Below, in pieces: positions 50,788 through 60,331 of a stretch of DNA of 64,000 nucleotides. The stretch is from an uncultured Spirochaetota bacterium (lineage in GTDB: Bacteria > Spirochaetota > Spirochaetia > SZUA-6 > Fen-1364). The first letter of the stretch is position 1, and every line of letters begins with the position of its first letter. The notes under the pieces are model-generated. The model saw only the letters and a program-made list of their open reading frames with translations, did not search any database and was not told the origin of the DNA. The DNA lies in the NCBI GenBank assembly GCA_963845535.1, contig CAWJSK010000001.1, forward strand, positions 229,525 through 293,524, in the 5' to 3' direction. The translations under genes were made by a program, and so were the position numbers.

Positions 50788-51360
50788 CTACGTGGCGGTC
50801 TTGTATGGGTAATGCCGGCCGCGGTCTCCCTTTTCCCAGTTCTCCCGCACGCCGGGCGAAGAGAGGTCCCAGTCAGGGCGCACTTTTTGAAAGACCGCCC
50901 GAAGATCATGCCAGAGGTCCTCGGCGGATGGCCGCCCCCAGAACCAGTAGCCGTTGTAGATCTTGTAGACGATCAGTCCGGGCTCCAGCACAATGGTATG
51001 GGGAACCATCGGGTTGTGGGTGGGATCAGTGTACTCCTGGATATCCAGGTCCTTCTGCACCCGACGCTGCACGTCAGACAGGAAAGGCCACTGCGCGCCC
51101 ACGGAGCTTCGAAACTCGTTCAGCTCCATGAGCGGATCCGTGGAGATCGTCACGATTTTCGTGTAGGAGACGTTGATCTTCGAGGAGAGCTCCGCGAGCA
51201 TGAGGTGCTGCTGGTGGTCCTTGGGGCAGAAGTGCCCACGCGCCAACACGAGGATCATCGGATCACGGCCCTGGAGCTCGGAGAGCTTTCGACGCTCTTT
51301 CGTGTGCTCCGTGAGCTCGTAGTCCGGGAATACCGCCCCGGGAACGATGTCTGCCCGCAT
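50788..51360 (-). CDS. Redoxin/AhpC-TSA family protein
   Basis: PDYEL, RGHFCPKD, ISTD, FLSD, thioredoxin-fold pattern. Confidence 0.8.
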   Translation of the reverse strand: MRADIVPGAVFPDYELTEHTKERRKLSELQGRDPMILVLARGHFCPKDHQQHLMLAELSSKINVSYTKIVTISTDPLMELNEFRSSVGAQWPFLSDVQRRVQKDLDIQEYTDPTHNPMVPHTIVLEPGLIVYKIYNGYWFWGRPSAEDLWHDLRAVFQKVRPDWDLSSPGVRENWEKGDRGRHYPYKTAT

Positions 51361-51369
51361 CAGGAGCTC

Positions 51370-52314
51370 CTACTGTCCGCTGAATGGGGTATCCGTTGCG
51401 GGCAGTTTTGCCAGGTCGTACGGCGTTGCCTGGTAGACGTAGTAGTTGAGCCAGTTCGCGTACAGAAGGTGCGCGTGAGAACGCCATGTAACAAGCGGTT
51501 CGCGTTTCGGGTCATCATCTGGAAAGTAATTCGCCGGGACGGCAACAGGCAAACCCTTTGCCACGTCCCGATCGTATTCCGCCTTGAGGGTGTGCCTGTC
51601 GTACTCGGGATGTCCGGTGACAAACAGCATGCGGCCGTCCCCCGAGCACGTCATGTACACGCCGGCCTCGTCCGAGACCGCCAGGAGCTTCAGCCCTTTG
51701 ACCGCCTCGACGTCTTTGCGCCGCACCTCCGTGTGGCGGGAGTGGGGGGCAAGAAAACCCTCGTCAAATCCCCGCACGATGGGCTCGTGGGGCGCAAGGA
51801 CCCTGTGATGGAAGAGACCGAACATCTTGGCCGGAAGCGGGTACTTGGGGATGCCGAAGTGGCGGTACATGCCCGCCTGCGCCCCCCAGCAGATGTGCAA
51901 CGTGGACCAGACGTTCGCCCTGCTCCAGTCCATGAGACGGACGAGCTCGTCCCAGTAGTCCACTTCCTCGAAAGGCAGCGTTTCCACGGGCGCCCCGGTG
52001 ATCACGAGGCCGTCGAAGCGCTCTGCCAGCACCCGGTCGAGCGGTTCGTAGAAAGCGGCGAGGTGCTCGGGGGGCGTGTTCCTTGATTCGTGGGTCTCCA
52101 TGCGGATGAACGTGATGTCCACTTGCAGAGGCGTGTTCCCGAGCAGGCGGAGGATCTGAGTCTCCGTGACGATCTTCGTGGGCATGAGGTTGAGCACGGC
52201 GATGCGCAGCGGGCGGATGTCCTGATGGAGCGCCCGGTCTTTCGTCATGACAAATATGTTTTCCTGGGCCAGAATCTTTCTTGCGGGAAGATCATCCGGG
52301 ATTCTCACCGGCAT
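51370..52314 (-). CDS. metA: Homoserine O-acyltransferase (MetA family, probably acetyl-specific)
   Basis: LNLMP.K..TE.Q, ITGAPVE, ICWGAQA, PHSRHT, GHPEYD. Confidence 0.95.
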   Translation of the reverse strand: MPVRIPDDLPARKILAQENIFVMTKDRALHQDIRPLRIAVLNLMPTKIVTETQILRLLGNTPLQVDITFIRMETHESRNTPPEHLAAFYEPLDRVLAERFDGLVITGAPVETLPFEEVDYWDELVRLMDWSRANVWSTLHICWGAQAGMYRHFGIPKYPLPAKMFGLFHHRVLAPHEPIVRGFDEGFLAPHSRHTEVRRKDVEAVKGLKLLAVSDEAGVYMTCSGDGRMLFVTGHPEYDRHTLKAEYDRDVAKGLPVAVPANYFPDDDPKREPLVTWRSHAHLLYANWLNYYVYQATPYDLAKLPATDTPFSGQ

Positions 52315-52433
52315 GCTTGTTCTCCTGTTCTCAACCTGTTTCCTCGCGCCTATTTTTAGCTCTTAAACGGTGCGGATGGCAACCGGCTTCTCCAATATAA
52401 AATGCGTCAGGTGCCGCAATCATCGCCAATAAC

Positions 52434-52459
52434 ACTACCAAGATGATCGAATTGGTAGT
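52434..52459. promoter_or_regulatory. Palindromic operator between divergent metA and DUF4395
   Basis: ACTACCAA-gatgatcgaa-TTGGTAGT, perfect 8-bp inverted repeat in an AT-rich intergenic region. Confidence 0.75.
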
Positions 52460-52488
52460 ATATTATCGCCGTGCAAGGAGTGTCAACA

Positions 52489-52983
52489 ATGCCAGACGGG
52501 CAGACGGGCGACGTGCTTGGGAAAGTCGATCATTCTTCGCTGAAGGCAAATCAGGGCGCGATCATCGTGCTCCTGCTGGCTTCCTTCATCGCAAACGTCC
52601 CCTGGCTCACGGCAGCGGTGGCGGTGGTAATGCTCGCCGGTTCCGCAGCGGGGCGTCCAGGAATCTTCTTCATCTACTCGTGGCTTCTCCGCCCTTTGGG
52701 CATCGTCAGGCCAAATGTGCTCTCGGACAACCCGGAGCCGCATCGATTCGCGCAAGGATTCGGCGGAGTTGTCGCGGCCATCTCGGCCCTGGCGACCCTT
52801 GTGGGCGCGACGGTTTTCGGGTGGGCACTGACGTGGCTCGTGATCGTGCTTGCGGCCCTGAACTTGTTTGCGGGCTTTTGCGCCGGATGCGCGGTGTACT
52901 ACTGGCTGCATCGCCTCCAGGTGCCGGGCTTCTCGAAGAACCCGCCGGCCGGCGTTCTCCCCGGCATGAGGCCAAGGACGTGA
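52489..52983 (+). CDS. DUF4395 family membrane protein
   Basis: P.RFAQG.G and LN..AGFCAGC.VY motifs; AAGGAG RBS. Confidence 0.8.
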   Translation: MPDGQTGDVLGKVDHSSLKANQGAIIVLLLASFIANVPWLTAAVAVVMLAGSAAGRPGIFFIYSWLLRPLGIVRPNVLSDNPEPHRFAQGFGGVVAAISALATLVGATVFGWALTWLVIVLAALNLFAGFCAGCAVYYWLHRLQVPGFSKNPPAGVLPGMRPRT

Positions 52984-53032
52984 GCTTACGGCACGTGGCC
53001 CGCGGCGCGGCCCGGAACGTGAGGTTGGCAGC

Positions 53033-53446
53033 GTGATGCTTTCACAGACGGTTGTGCGCCTGATCTGGGCCGCGGCGATCATCGGGTTCTCCGTGGCCGC
53101 GTTCGCGCTCGTGAAGATGGTCGTGCTGGCGAAGGCCAGGGGCTCTGCGGCCGGTTTTTCAGCGTTCCGGTCCGGCCTTCCTGGAATCATCTATTTCACG
53201 ACCCCGGATTGCGTAACGTGCAAGGCTGCCCAGCGCCCTGCGCTTCGCGCCTTGGAACGGCAGCTCGACGGGAATGTCCAGGTGATCGAGGTGGATGCCG
53301 CTGATCGTCCGGATCTTGCCCGGCAATGGAGCGTCCTCAGTGTCCCAACGACTTTCATCCTGGACCGTCAGGGCAAACCGCGTCAGGTCAACCACGGGTT
53401 TGCCTCTACGGCAAAGTTGCTGAGTCAGCTTCAAAGAGTAAGCTGA
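53033..53446 (+). CDS. Membrane-anchored thioredoxin-family protein
   Basis: N-terminal TM, F.TPDCVTC, VLSVPTT cis-Pro loop. Confidence 0.85.
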   Translation: MMLSQTVVRLIWAAAIIGFSVAAFALVKMVVLAKARGSAAGFSAFRSGLPGIIYFTTPDCVTCKAAQRPALRALERQLDGNVQVIEVDAADRPDLARQWSVLSVPTTFILDRQGKPRQVNHGFASTAKLLSQLQRVS

Positions 53447-53475
53447 TTGGCTGCCGCCGTCACCAGGCGTTCGCC

Positions 53476-53907
53476 TCAGATCTGGTAGTTGAGGATCCCT
53501 TCCCGAGCGCCCCTCAACAGGGAGTCGAGCGTCACCTTCTCAAGGGCTTCATTCACGGTTCTTTCCAGCGCGCCCCAGACCGCGTCAGCGGGATGCAGGT
53601 ATCCCCCGTCAGATTCTCGGGGTTTTCGCGGGCTGCCGGTTGCGGAGATATCCCCCTCAAGCGCCTGAACGATCTCCCGCAACGTAATGGTGCGTGGGTC
53701 CCGCGACAACGCGTAGCCACCATGGGCTCCCCGAAAAGAGGTGATCAGGCCGACCCCTCGCAGCGGAATGACGAGCTTGCTCAGGTACTTCTCCGAGATC
53801 CTGTGCGTCCGCGCGATTTCCTTGAGAAAGACCGGCTCTCCTCCGAATCTCAGCGCAAGCTCATACATGATTTTCAGGCCGTATTTGCTCCTGGTTGATA
53901 CCAACAT
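53476..53907 (-). CDS. Rrf2 family regulator, cysteine-free (CymR-like)
   Basis: STRSKYG, ISEKYL, RGAHGGY.L; no Cys; ends NYQI. Confidence 0.9.
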   Translation of the reverse strand: MLVSTRSKYGLKIMYELALRFGGEPVFLKEIARTHRISEKYLSKLVIPLRGVGLITSFRGAHGGYALSRDPRTITLREIVQALEGDISATGSPRKPRESDGGYLHPADAVWGALERTVNEALEKVTLDSLLRGAREGILNYQI

Positions 53908-53927
53908 GTCAGTCTCGCCCGCTGCAA

Positions 53928-54010
53928 AGGATAGTGTGCGGCAAACCAGGAGTCAATGAACGGCAAATACTCACTTTTCGATTGACAAACTTCCACCTCT
54001 ATGGGATTGT
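53928..54010. promoter_or_regulatory. Divergent sigma70 promoters for the Rrf2 gene (-) and metY operon (+)
   Basis: Minus TTGACT-17-TATCCT (53956-53928); plus TTGACA-17-GATTGT with TG extension (53982-54010). Confidence 0.6.
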
Positions 54011-54036
54011 ACTACCAATACTATAGACTTTGTAGT
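54011..54036. promoter_or_regulatory. Second copy of the palindromic operator, over the metY transcription start
   Basis: ACTACCAA-tactatagac-TTTGTAGT. Confidence 0.75.
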
Positions 54037-54065
54037 GAATGACACACTACAGATAAGGAGAGGGT

Positions 54066-55361
54066 ATGGGCGATAATAACAATTACCGGTTCGAGACTCT
54101 GGCTCTGCACGGCGGCCAGGTGGTGGACCCGACCACCACGTCGAGAGGAGTGCCGGTGTACCGGACGAGCTCGTTCGTGTTCGAGTCCACCGAGAAGGCA
54201 GCCAACCTCTTTGCGCTGAAAGAGCTTGGCAACATCTACAGCAGGATCATGAATCCGACGCAGGACGTGCTGGAGCAGCGGGTCTCCCTGCTCGAGAAAG
54301 GGGCCGCCTCGGTGGCTTTTGCCTCGGGGACGGCGGCAATCTTCAACGCCATCGTGACCATCATGGGTCAGGGTGATGAGATAGTCTCCGCAAGCAACCT
54401 CTATGGCGGCACCTACACGATGTTCGACGCCATTCTCCCCAACCTCGGCATCACGGTGAAGTTCGTGAAGCAGGACGACGCGAAGAACTTCGAAAAGGCC
54501 ATCACGCCGAAAACGCGGGCGCTGTTCATCGAGACCATCGGCAATCCCGCCCTGGATGTTACGGACGTTGCGGAAGTGGCGAAGGTGGCCCACGCGCACG
54601 GGCTTCCCCTCATCGTCGACGCCACGTTCACAACGCCGTATCTGCTGAAGACGATCGAGCATGGCGCGGATATCGTGGTCAACTCGCTGACGAAGTGGAT
54701 GGGCGGCCATGGCACGGCAATTGGCGGAATCGTCACGGACGCCGCGCGCTTCGACTGGAAAGACAAGAAGTTCAAGTTCTTCAATGATCCTGACCCCAAC
54801 TACCATGGTTTGAGGTGGGCGCACGACCTTCCCGCCGCCCTTGCCCCCGTGGCGTTCGCGCTGCGGCTGCGTACGGTGCCGCTTCGAAACCTGGGGGCGT
54901 GCACCTCACCCGACAATGCGTGGATTTTCCTCCAGGGGCTGGAGTCCCTTCCCGTTCGCATGGAGCGGCACTGCGCCAACGCAATGGCTGTCGCCCAGTG
55001 GCTGAAGAAGGAGTCGAAGGTGGCATGGCTGCGCTACCCGGGGCTTCCCGATGATCCGACGTTCCCCGTTGCCAGCAAATACCTGAAAAAGGGCTTCGGG
55101 GGCATGGTGGTATTCGGCATCAAGGGCGGCAAGGCAGCCGGGGAGAAGTTCATCAACGGCTTGAAGCTCTTTTCCCATCTCGCCAACGTGGGGGACGCGA
55201 AGAGCCTTGCCCTGCATCCGGCCAGCACGTCGCACTCACAGCTCACCGAGCAGCAGCAGCGCGAGGGCGGGCTCACGCCGGAGCTGGTGCGCCTGTCAGT
55301 CGGCCTGGAGCACCTGGACGACATCACGGAAGACATCGAGCAGGCGCTGAAGCAAAGCTGA
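54066..55361 (+). CDS. metY: O-acetylhomoserine aminocarboxypropyltransferase (sulfhydrylase)
   Basis: [26 protein letters not shown] lysine, [18 protein letters not shown]. Confidence 0.92.
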   Translation: MGDNNNYRFETLALHGGQVVDPTTTSRGVPVYRTSSFVFESTEKAANLFALKELGNIYSRIMNPTQDVLEQRVSLLEKGAASVAFASGTAAIFNAIVTIMGQGDEIVSASNLYGGTYTMFDAILPNLGITVKFVKQDDAKNFEKAITPKTRALFIETIGNPALDVTDVAEVAKVAHAHGLPLIVDATFTTPYLLKTIEHGADIVVNSLTKWMGGHGTAIGGIVTDAARFDWKDKKFKFFNDPDPNYHGLRWAHDLPAALAPVAFALRLRTVPLRNLGACTSPDNAWIFLQGLESLPVRMERHCANAMAVAQWLKKESKVAWLRYPGLPDDPTFPVASKYLKKGFGGMVVFGIKGGKAAGEKFINGLKLFSHLANVGDAKSLALHPASTSHSQLTEQQQREGGLTPELVRLSVGLEHLDDITEDIEQALKQS

Positions 55362-55369
55362 GGAGAGGA

Positions 55370-56305
55370 ATGAAAATGAACATCAAGGCAAACGTCCTGG
55401 AGCTTATCGGCAACACTCCGCTGGTCAGGCTGAACAAGGTCACCGAAGGCGCGAAGGCGCAGGTGGTGGCGAAGCTGGAATCCCACAACCCGCTCGCAAG
55501 CGTGAAAGACAGGATCGCCTTGGCCATGGTCGAGGACGCGGAGAAGCGCGGGCTTTTGAAAAAGGGGGGCGTGATCGTGGAGCCGACAAGCGGAAACACG
55601 GGGATTGGTCTGGCCTACGTTGCCGCCGTCAAGGGCTACCGCTGTATCCTCACCCTGCCGGAGAGCATGAGCGTTGAGCGGCGCAAGCTGCTCAAGGCCC
55701 TTGGCGCGGAGGTGGTGCTCACTCCCGCGCCAAAGGGCATGGGCGGCGCCATCGAGAAAGCCAAGGAAATCCTCGATGCCACCCCGGACTCCTTCATGCC
55801 GCAGCAGTTCGAGAACCCCGCCAACCCCGAGGCGCATCGCAAGACCACCGCGGAGGAAATCTGGAAGGACACCGACGGCACGGTGGACATCCTGGTGAGC
55901 GGGGTGGGAACGGGCGGGACCATCACGGGGGTTGCCGAGTTCATCAAGAAAAGGAAGAAAGACTTCCGCGCAATCGCCGTCGAGCCTTCCAAGTCTCCCG
56001 TTCTCTCCGGCGGGAGCCCGTCTCCTCACCGGATCCAGGGGATTGGCGCCGGGTTCGTGCCGGGCGTGTACAACAAGAACCTCGTGGATGAGATCATCAA
56101 GGTGGAAGATGAGGACGCCGGCAGGATGGCGCGCAGGCTGGCCAGAGAGGAAGGGCTCCTCGTCGGGATATCTTCCGGGGCCGCTGCGTGGGCCGCCGTC
56201 GAGGTGGCCAAGCGCAAGGACAGCGCCGGCAAGCTGATCGTGGTCGTGCTGCCGGACACGGGTGAAAGGTACCTCAGCACCTGGCTGTTCGAGGACGGCA
56301 GCTAA
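55370..56305 (+). CDS. cysK: Cysteine synthase A
   Basis: [45 protein letters not shown]. Confidence 0.96.
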   Translation: MKMNIKANVLELIGNTPLVRLNKVTEGAKAQVVAKLESHNPLASVKDRIALAMVEDAEKRGLLKKGGVIVEPTSGNTGIGLAYVAAVKGYRCILTLPESMSVERRKLLKALGAEVVLTPAPKGMGGAIEKAKEILDATPDSFMPQQFENPANPEAHRKTTAEEIWKDTDGTVDILVSGVGTGGTITGVAEFIKKRKKDFRAIAVEPSKSPVLSGGSPSPHRIQGIGAGFVPGVYNKNLVDEIIKVEDEDAGRMARRLAREEGLLVGISSGAAAWAAVEVAKRKDSAGKLIVVVLPDTGERYLSTWLFEDGS

Positions 56306-56306
56306 C

Positions 56307-56783
56307 GTGCCTTTCCAGATGTCCACGCGGGGCCGCTATGGCGTTCGGCTCATGGTGGCCCTCGCGGGCACCTACGGGAGCGGCAGCAGCCTGCTGAAGG
56401 ACATAGCGCGGCGTGAGGGAATATCGGAAAAGTACCTGGGACAGATCGTCATACCGCTGAAAGCCGGCGGGCTGGTGGTGGCCCAGCGCGGCTCGCACGG
56501 GGGGTATTCCCTCGCGCGGCCGCCTGAGGATATAACGGTGCGGGACGTCATCGAGGCAATCGAGGGCCGTATTGCCATTGCCCCCTGCACGGGAGAGGCT
56601 GCTTCGGACCCCGGGTGCATCGAGAGCCCGTCCGCCTGCGAGCGGGCAACCACATGCGTGGTCACGCGCGTGTGGGCAAAGCTCCAGGAAGACATCGAGG
56701 GATCGCTTGCCTCCTTCACGCTTTCAGCGCTTGCTCGGCAGGCCAGGGAGCTGGAGGGCAGCTCTTCGAACTACGTGATCTGA
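56307..56783 (+). CDS. Rrf2 family regulator with Cys cluster (IscR/CymR-like)
   Basis: STRGRYG, ISEKYL, RGSHGGY; four Cys in the C-terminal half; ends NYVI. Confidence 0.88.
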   Translation: MPFQMSTRGRYGVRLMVALAGTYGSGSSLLKDIARREGISEKYLGQIVIPLKAGGLVVAQRGSHGGYSLARPPEDITVRDVIEAIEGRIAIAPCTGEAASDPGCIESPSACERATTCVVTRVWAKLQEDIEGSLASFTLSALARQARELEGSSSNYVI

Positions 56784-56800
56784 CGGAGGTGCCTCTCCCC

Positions 56801-57868
56801 ATGAAGAGGCGTATTGTTGTTGGCCTGAGCGGAGGGGTTGATTCCTCCGTTGCGGCGCTCCTTCTCAAGCAGGCCGGCCATGACGTGGTCGGCGTGACGA
56901 TGATGATATATTCCGGCAACCGCCCTGGAGTGCCGGGGGTGGATTCCTGCTACAGCCCTGGTGAAGGCGCGGACGTGGAGTATGCCGCCGCTGTTTGCCG
57001 TACCCTCGGGATTCCCTATCACACCGTCGACCTTAAAAAAGAGTTCCGGGCATGGGTGCTGGATTATGCCCGCGCGGAATACCTTGCGGGCAGGACGCCC
57101 AATCCCTGCATCCGCTGCAACCAGATGGTGAAGTTCGGTCTCCTGGTGGATCGGCTCTCAGGATCTGTCGGGTTGGATTTCGACGCCTTTGCCACGGGCC
57201 ACTACTGCCAGGTCTTCCCTGAGGGCGGAAGGTTCTGCCTCCGCAAGGCCGTGGACCTTACGAAGGACCAGACGTACTTTCTCAGTATGCTCTCCCAGGA
57301 GCAGCTCTCACGCGTCATGTTCCCGCTCGGGGCGCTTGCAAAGCCGGAGGTTCGAAGGATCGCCCGTGAGGCCGGCCTTGCCACGCATGACCGCCCCGAG
57401 AGCCAGGATTTTGCCGCGGGCGGATACCGGGAAGTCCTGGAGGCCAAGGAGAACCAGGGCCGGATCATCGACCAGGACGGGAATGAGATAGGAACGCACC
57501 GCGGGATCTGGGGCTACACCATCGGACAGCGCAAAGGGTTGGGAGTGGGGGGCGGGGAGCCGCTGTACGTGACTCAGATCGATGCCGCAACGAATACGAT
57601 TGTCGCCGGCTCTGAGTCCCAACTGTACCGAAGCCGTCTCACCGTCCGGCGGGTGAACTGGGTGAGCCGGGAGGCGCCGCAAGAGCCGCTGCGCGTGGGC
57701 GCGAGGATACGCTACCGGAACCCCGAAGCTCCCGCGGTCGTCACGCCGCTGCCTGACGGCGGCGTGTCAGTGGAGTTCGACGAGCCCCAGCGCGCCGTGG
57801 CGCCCGGACAGATGGCCGCGTTCTATGACGGTGACCTCCTTTTGGGCGGAGGCCCCATCGAATCGTGA
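56801..57868 (+). CDS. mnmA: tRNA 2-thiouridine(34) synthase
   Basis: SGGVDS PP-loop, TPNPCIRCN, ATGHY, KDQTYFL, YTIGQRKG, APGQ. Confidence 0.93.
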   Translation: MKRRIVVGLSGGVDSSVAALLLKQAGHDVVGVTMMIYSGNRPGVPGVDSCYSPGEGADVEYAAAVCRTLGIPYHTVDLKKEFRAWVLDYARAEYLAGRTPNPCIRCNQMVKFGLLVDRLSGSVGLDFDAFATGHYCQVFPEGGRFCLRKAVDLTKDQTYFLSMLSQEQLSRVMFPLGALAKPEVRRIAREAGLATHDRPESQDFAAGGYREVLEAKENQGRIIDQDGNEIGTHRGIWGYTIGQRKGLGVGGGEPLYVTQIDAATNTIVAGSESQLYRSRLTVRRVNWVSREAPQEPLRVGARIRYRNPEAPAVVTPLPDGGVSVEFDEPQRAVAPGQMAAFYDGDLLLGGGPIES

Positions 57869-58911
57869 CTAACGCGCAGGACGGCGCGGCTGATCTCCGC
57901 CGCTACTCCCGACAGGTGCTCCTGCCCAAGATCGGGGCGGACGGGCAGCGCCGCCTGGCGGGCGGACGCGCCCTTGTGATGGGCGTGGGAGCCCTGGGGA
58001 CCGCGCTCGCTTCCCTCCTTGTCAGGGCGGGGTGCGGTTTCGTGCGCCTTGTGGACCGGGATTTCATTGAGCTGGACAACCTCCAGCGCCAGGCGCTCTT
58101 CGATGAGGAAGACATTGTCGCTGGCCTGCCCAAGGCGGTGGCCGCGGCACTGAAGCTCCGCCGGGCAAACTCTTCGGTGACGGTGGAGCCGGTGGTTGCG
58201 GATGTGACCGCGGCAAATATCCTCCAGCTCCTGGAGGGATGCAACGTCGTTCTGGACGGCTCTGACAACATCGAAACCCGGCTCCTTCTGAATGACGCAT
58301 GCCTGAAGCTGCGAGTGCCCTGGGTGTACGGCGCCGCCATCGGGATGACCGGCGCCACCATGCCGATAGTCCCCGGACAGGGACCGTGCTTCCGCTGCAT
58401 AGTGCCGTCCCAGCCGGCCCCCGGCGCGCTTCCCACCTGCGAGACCGCGGGGGTCCTCGGGACAGTGCCGCAGATGGTCGCCGCTTTCCAGGTCACGGAG
58501 GCAATCAAGCTGCTCACCGGACATGCAGCGGACCTTGTGACACAGATGAGATACGTGGATGCCTGGGCGGGAACCGTGGAGGCGCTGGAGATCCGAAAGG
58601 GAAACGATCCATGCCCCGCGTGTGATCTTTCCCGGTTCGAGTTCCTCGAAGGGGCCAAGGGAGGCGGCAGCGCCAAGATGTGCGGCCGCACGGCAGTCCA
58701 GGTTGACCCGGGAAGAGTGGCACCACCGGATTTTTCCGTGCTTTCGGCGCGGCTTTCCCCGCTTGGGGAAGTGAGGTTCAACTCTTACATGCTGAGGTTC
58801 CACGCAGGGGACAAGGAAATCGTTCTCTTTCCTGATGGACGCGCCATCATAAAGGGGACGGGAGATGAGGGAGTGGCGCGTGCCCTGTACGCCAGGTACG
58901 TCGGCGCTTGA
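57865..58911 (+). CDS. ThiF/MoeB family adenylyltransferase (E1-like) with C-terminal extension
   Basis: RYSRQ, G.GALG, DRD..E..NLQRQ, D..DN, CFRC, TCETAGV, CPAC. Confidence 0.9.
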   Translation: MTNAQDGAADLRRYSRQVLLPKIGADGQRRLAGGRALVMGVGALGTALASLLVRAGCGFVRLVDRDFIELDNLQRQALFDEEDIVAGLPKAVAAALKLRRANSSVTVEPVVADVTAANILQLLEGCNVVLDGSDNIETRLLLNDACLKLRVPWVYGAAIGMTGATMPIVPGQGPCFRCIVPSQPAPGALPTCETAGVLGTVPQMVAAFQVTEAIKLLTGHAADLVTQMRYVDAWAGTVEALEIRKGNDPCPACDLSRFEFLEGAKGGGSAKMCGRTAVQVDPGRVAPPDFSVLSARLSPLGEVRFNSYMLRFHAGDKEIVLFPDGRAIIKGTGDEGVARALYARYVGA

Positions 58912-58945
58912 GGACAGGCTGCGCAGGGGGTCAGGCGGCGGATGA

Positions 58946-60217
58946 TTGCAACGAGCCATCCGTGAAGATTTTCCTGCGCTCGCGACGCAAAGCGGTGAGC
59001 AGCCCCTCATCTACCTGGACAACGCCGCAACCACACAGCGCCCGCGCCAGGTCCTGGAAACCATCACCACTTTCTATGAGACCGCCAACGCCAACATCCA
59101 CCGCTCTCCTCACGCGCTGGGGCAGGCGGCCACGCAGATGTACGAACAAGCCCACGGCGGCGTGGCCCGCTTCATTAGAGCGCGCAGCCCACGGGAAATC
59201 ATTTTTCTGAGGAACACTACTGAGGCGCTGAACCTCGTGGCGGTTTCCCTTTGCCGCGCGGCAAGCGGGCGGCTTTCCTTTCGCTCCGGCGATGAAGTGG
59301 TCATTACGATCATGGAGCACCACTCCAATTTCGTCCCCTGGCAGGCCATCTGCCGGGAAGCGGACTTGCGTCTTCGGATCATTGGCCTTCGGGAGCACGG
59401 CGTCCTTGACCTGGACCAGCTTTCCTCCACGCTGGGACCGCGCACGCGCCTCGTATGCTGCACTCACGTCTCCAACGTCCTGGGAACGATCAACCCGGTT
59501 GCCGAGGTGGCCCGCATGGCGCATGAGGCCGGTGCGCTCCTGCTGGTGGACGCCGCGCAGTCGGTGCCATGCATGCCCGTGGACGTCCAGGCCCTTGGCG
59601 TGGATTTTCTTGCTTTCTCGGGCCACAAGATGCTCGCCCCGTTCGGGACGGGCGTCCTGTACGGCAGGGAAGAGCTTTTGCAGGAGATGTCGCCGTTCCT
59701 TTTCGGCGGGGACATGATTGCAACGGTAACGGAGTCCGCCTCGACGTGGAACTCACTCCCGTGGAAGTTCGAGGCTGGCACTCCTGACGTGGCCGCGGGC
59801 GTTGCCCTGGGCGGGGCCACGGACAGGCGCACGGGTCGGCGGCTGGTCGGCGCCGTGGACTACCTCGAGGGTATCGGGATGGAGGCGGTCCGAGCCCATG
59901 AGGCGGCGCTCCTGGACCGTCTGGTGACGGGGCTTCGGGAGATCAGCGGCGTCAACCTGACCGGACCGGCTGACTGCGCAAAGAGGGCCGCCGCGGTTTC
60001 CTTCAGCGTGGAAGGCGCCGACCCGTTCATGGTGGCGCAGCTCCTGGACAATGAAGGGATCTGCGTTCGCGCCGGCGGCCACTGCGCCTATCCCCTGGCT
60101 GCACGGCTTGGCGTGGAAGGCACGGTGCGCGCAAGCCCGTACATCTACAACACGGCGGAAGAGATCGAGCGCTTCCTGGAAGTGGTCAGGGACATCGTTG
60201 CCAACAGGATTGCGTGA
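58946..60217 (+). CDS. SufS/CsdA-type cysteine desulfurase
   Basis: YLDNAATTQ, EHHSN, DAAQ, SGHKM, FEAGTP, RAGGHCA. Confidence 0.92.
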   Translation: MQRAIREDFPALATQSGEQPLIYLDNAATTQRPRQVLETITTFYETANANIHRSPHALGQAATQMYEQAHGGVARFIRARSPREIIFLRNTTEALNLVAVSLCRAASGRLSFRSGDEVVITIMEHHSNFVPWQAICREADLRLRIIGLREHGVLDLDQLSSTLGPRTRLVCCTHVSNVLGTINPVAEVARMAHEAGALLLVDAAQSVPCMPVDVQALGVDFLAFSGHKMLAPFGTGVLYGREELLQEMSPFLFGGDMIATVTESASTWNSLPWKFEAGTPDVAAGVALGGATDRRTGRRLVGAVDYLEGIGMEAVRAHEAALLDRLVTGLREISGVNLTGPADCAKRAAAVSFSVEGADPFMVAQLLDNEGICVRAGGHCAYPLAARLGVEGTVRASPYIYNTAEEIERFLEVVRDIVANRIA

Positions 60218-60331
60218 GTCGCCGGCCACCAGCCGCCGCCGCAGGCGACCACAAGCGTGACTGCGCCGAGTAGGTGAGGTGAGAAGCCGTGAGGTTGACG
60301 ACTGCCGCCCGCTCCCAGTAGAGTCCGGAAG

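Noticed and set aside
50788..53446. Selenocysteine read-through in the redoxin, DUF4395 or thioredoxin
   Set aside because: Active-site positions are ordinary Cys codons with no in-frame TGA
52315..54065. SAM riboswitch or T-box upstream of metA/metY (also metG)
   Set aside because: Leaders are too short and lack the conserved elements; a protein operator explains the region better
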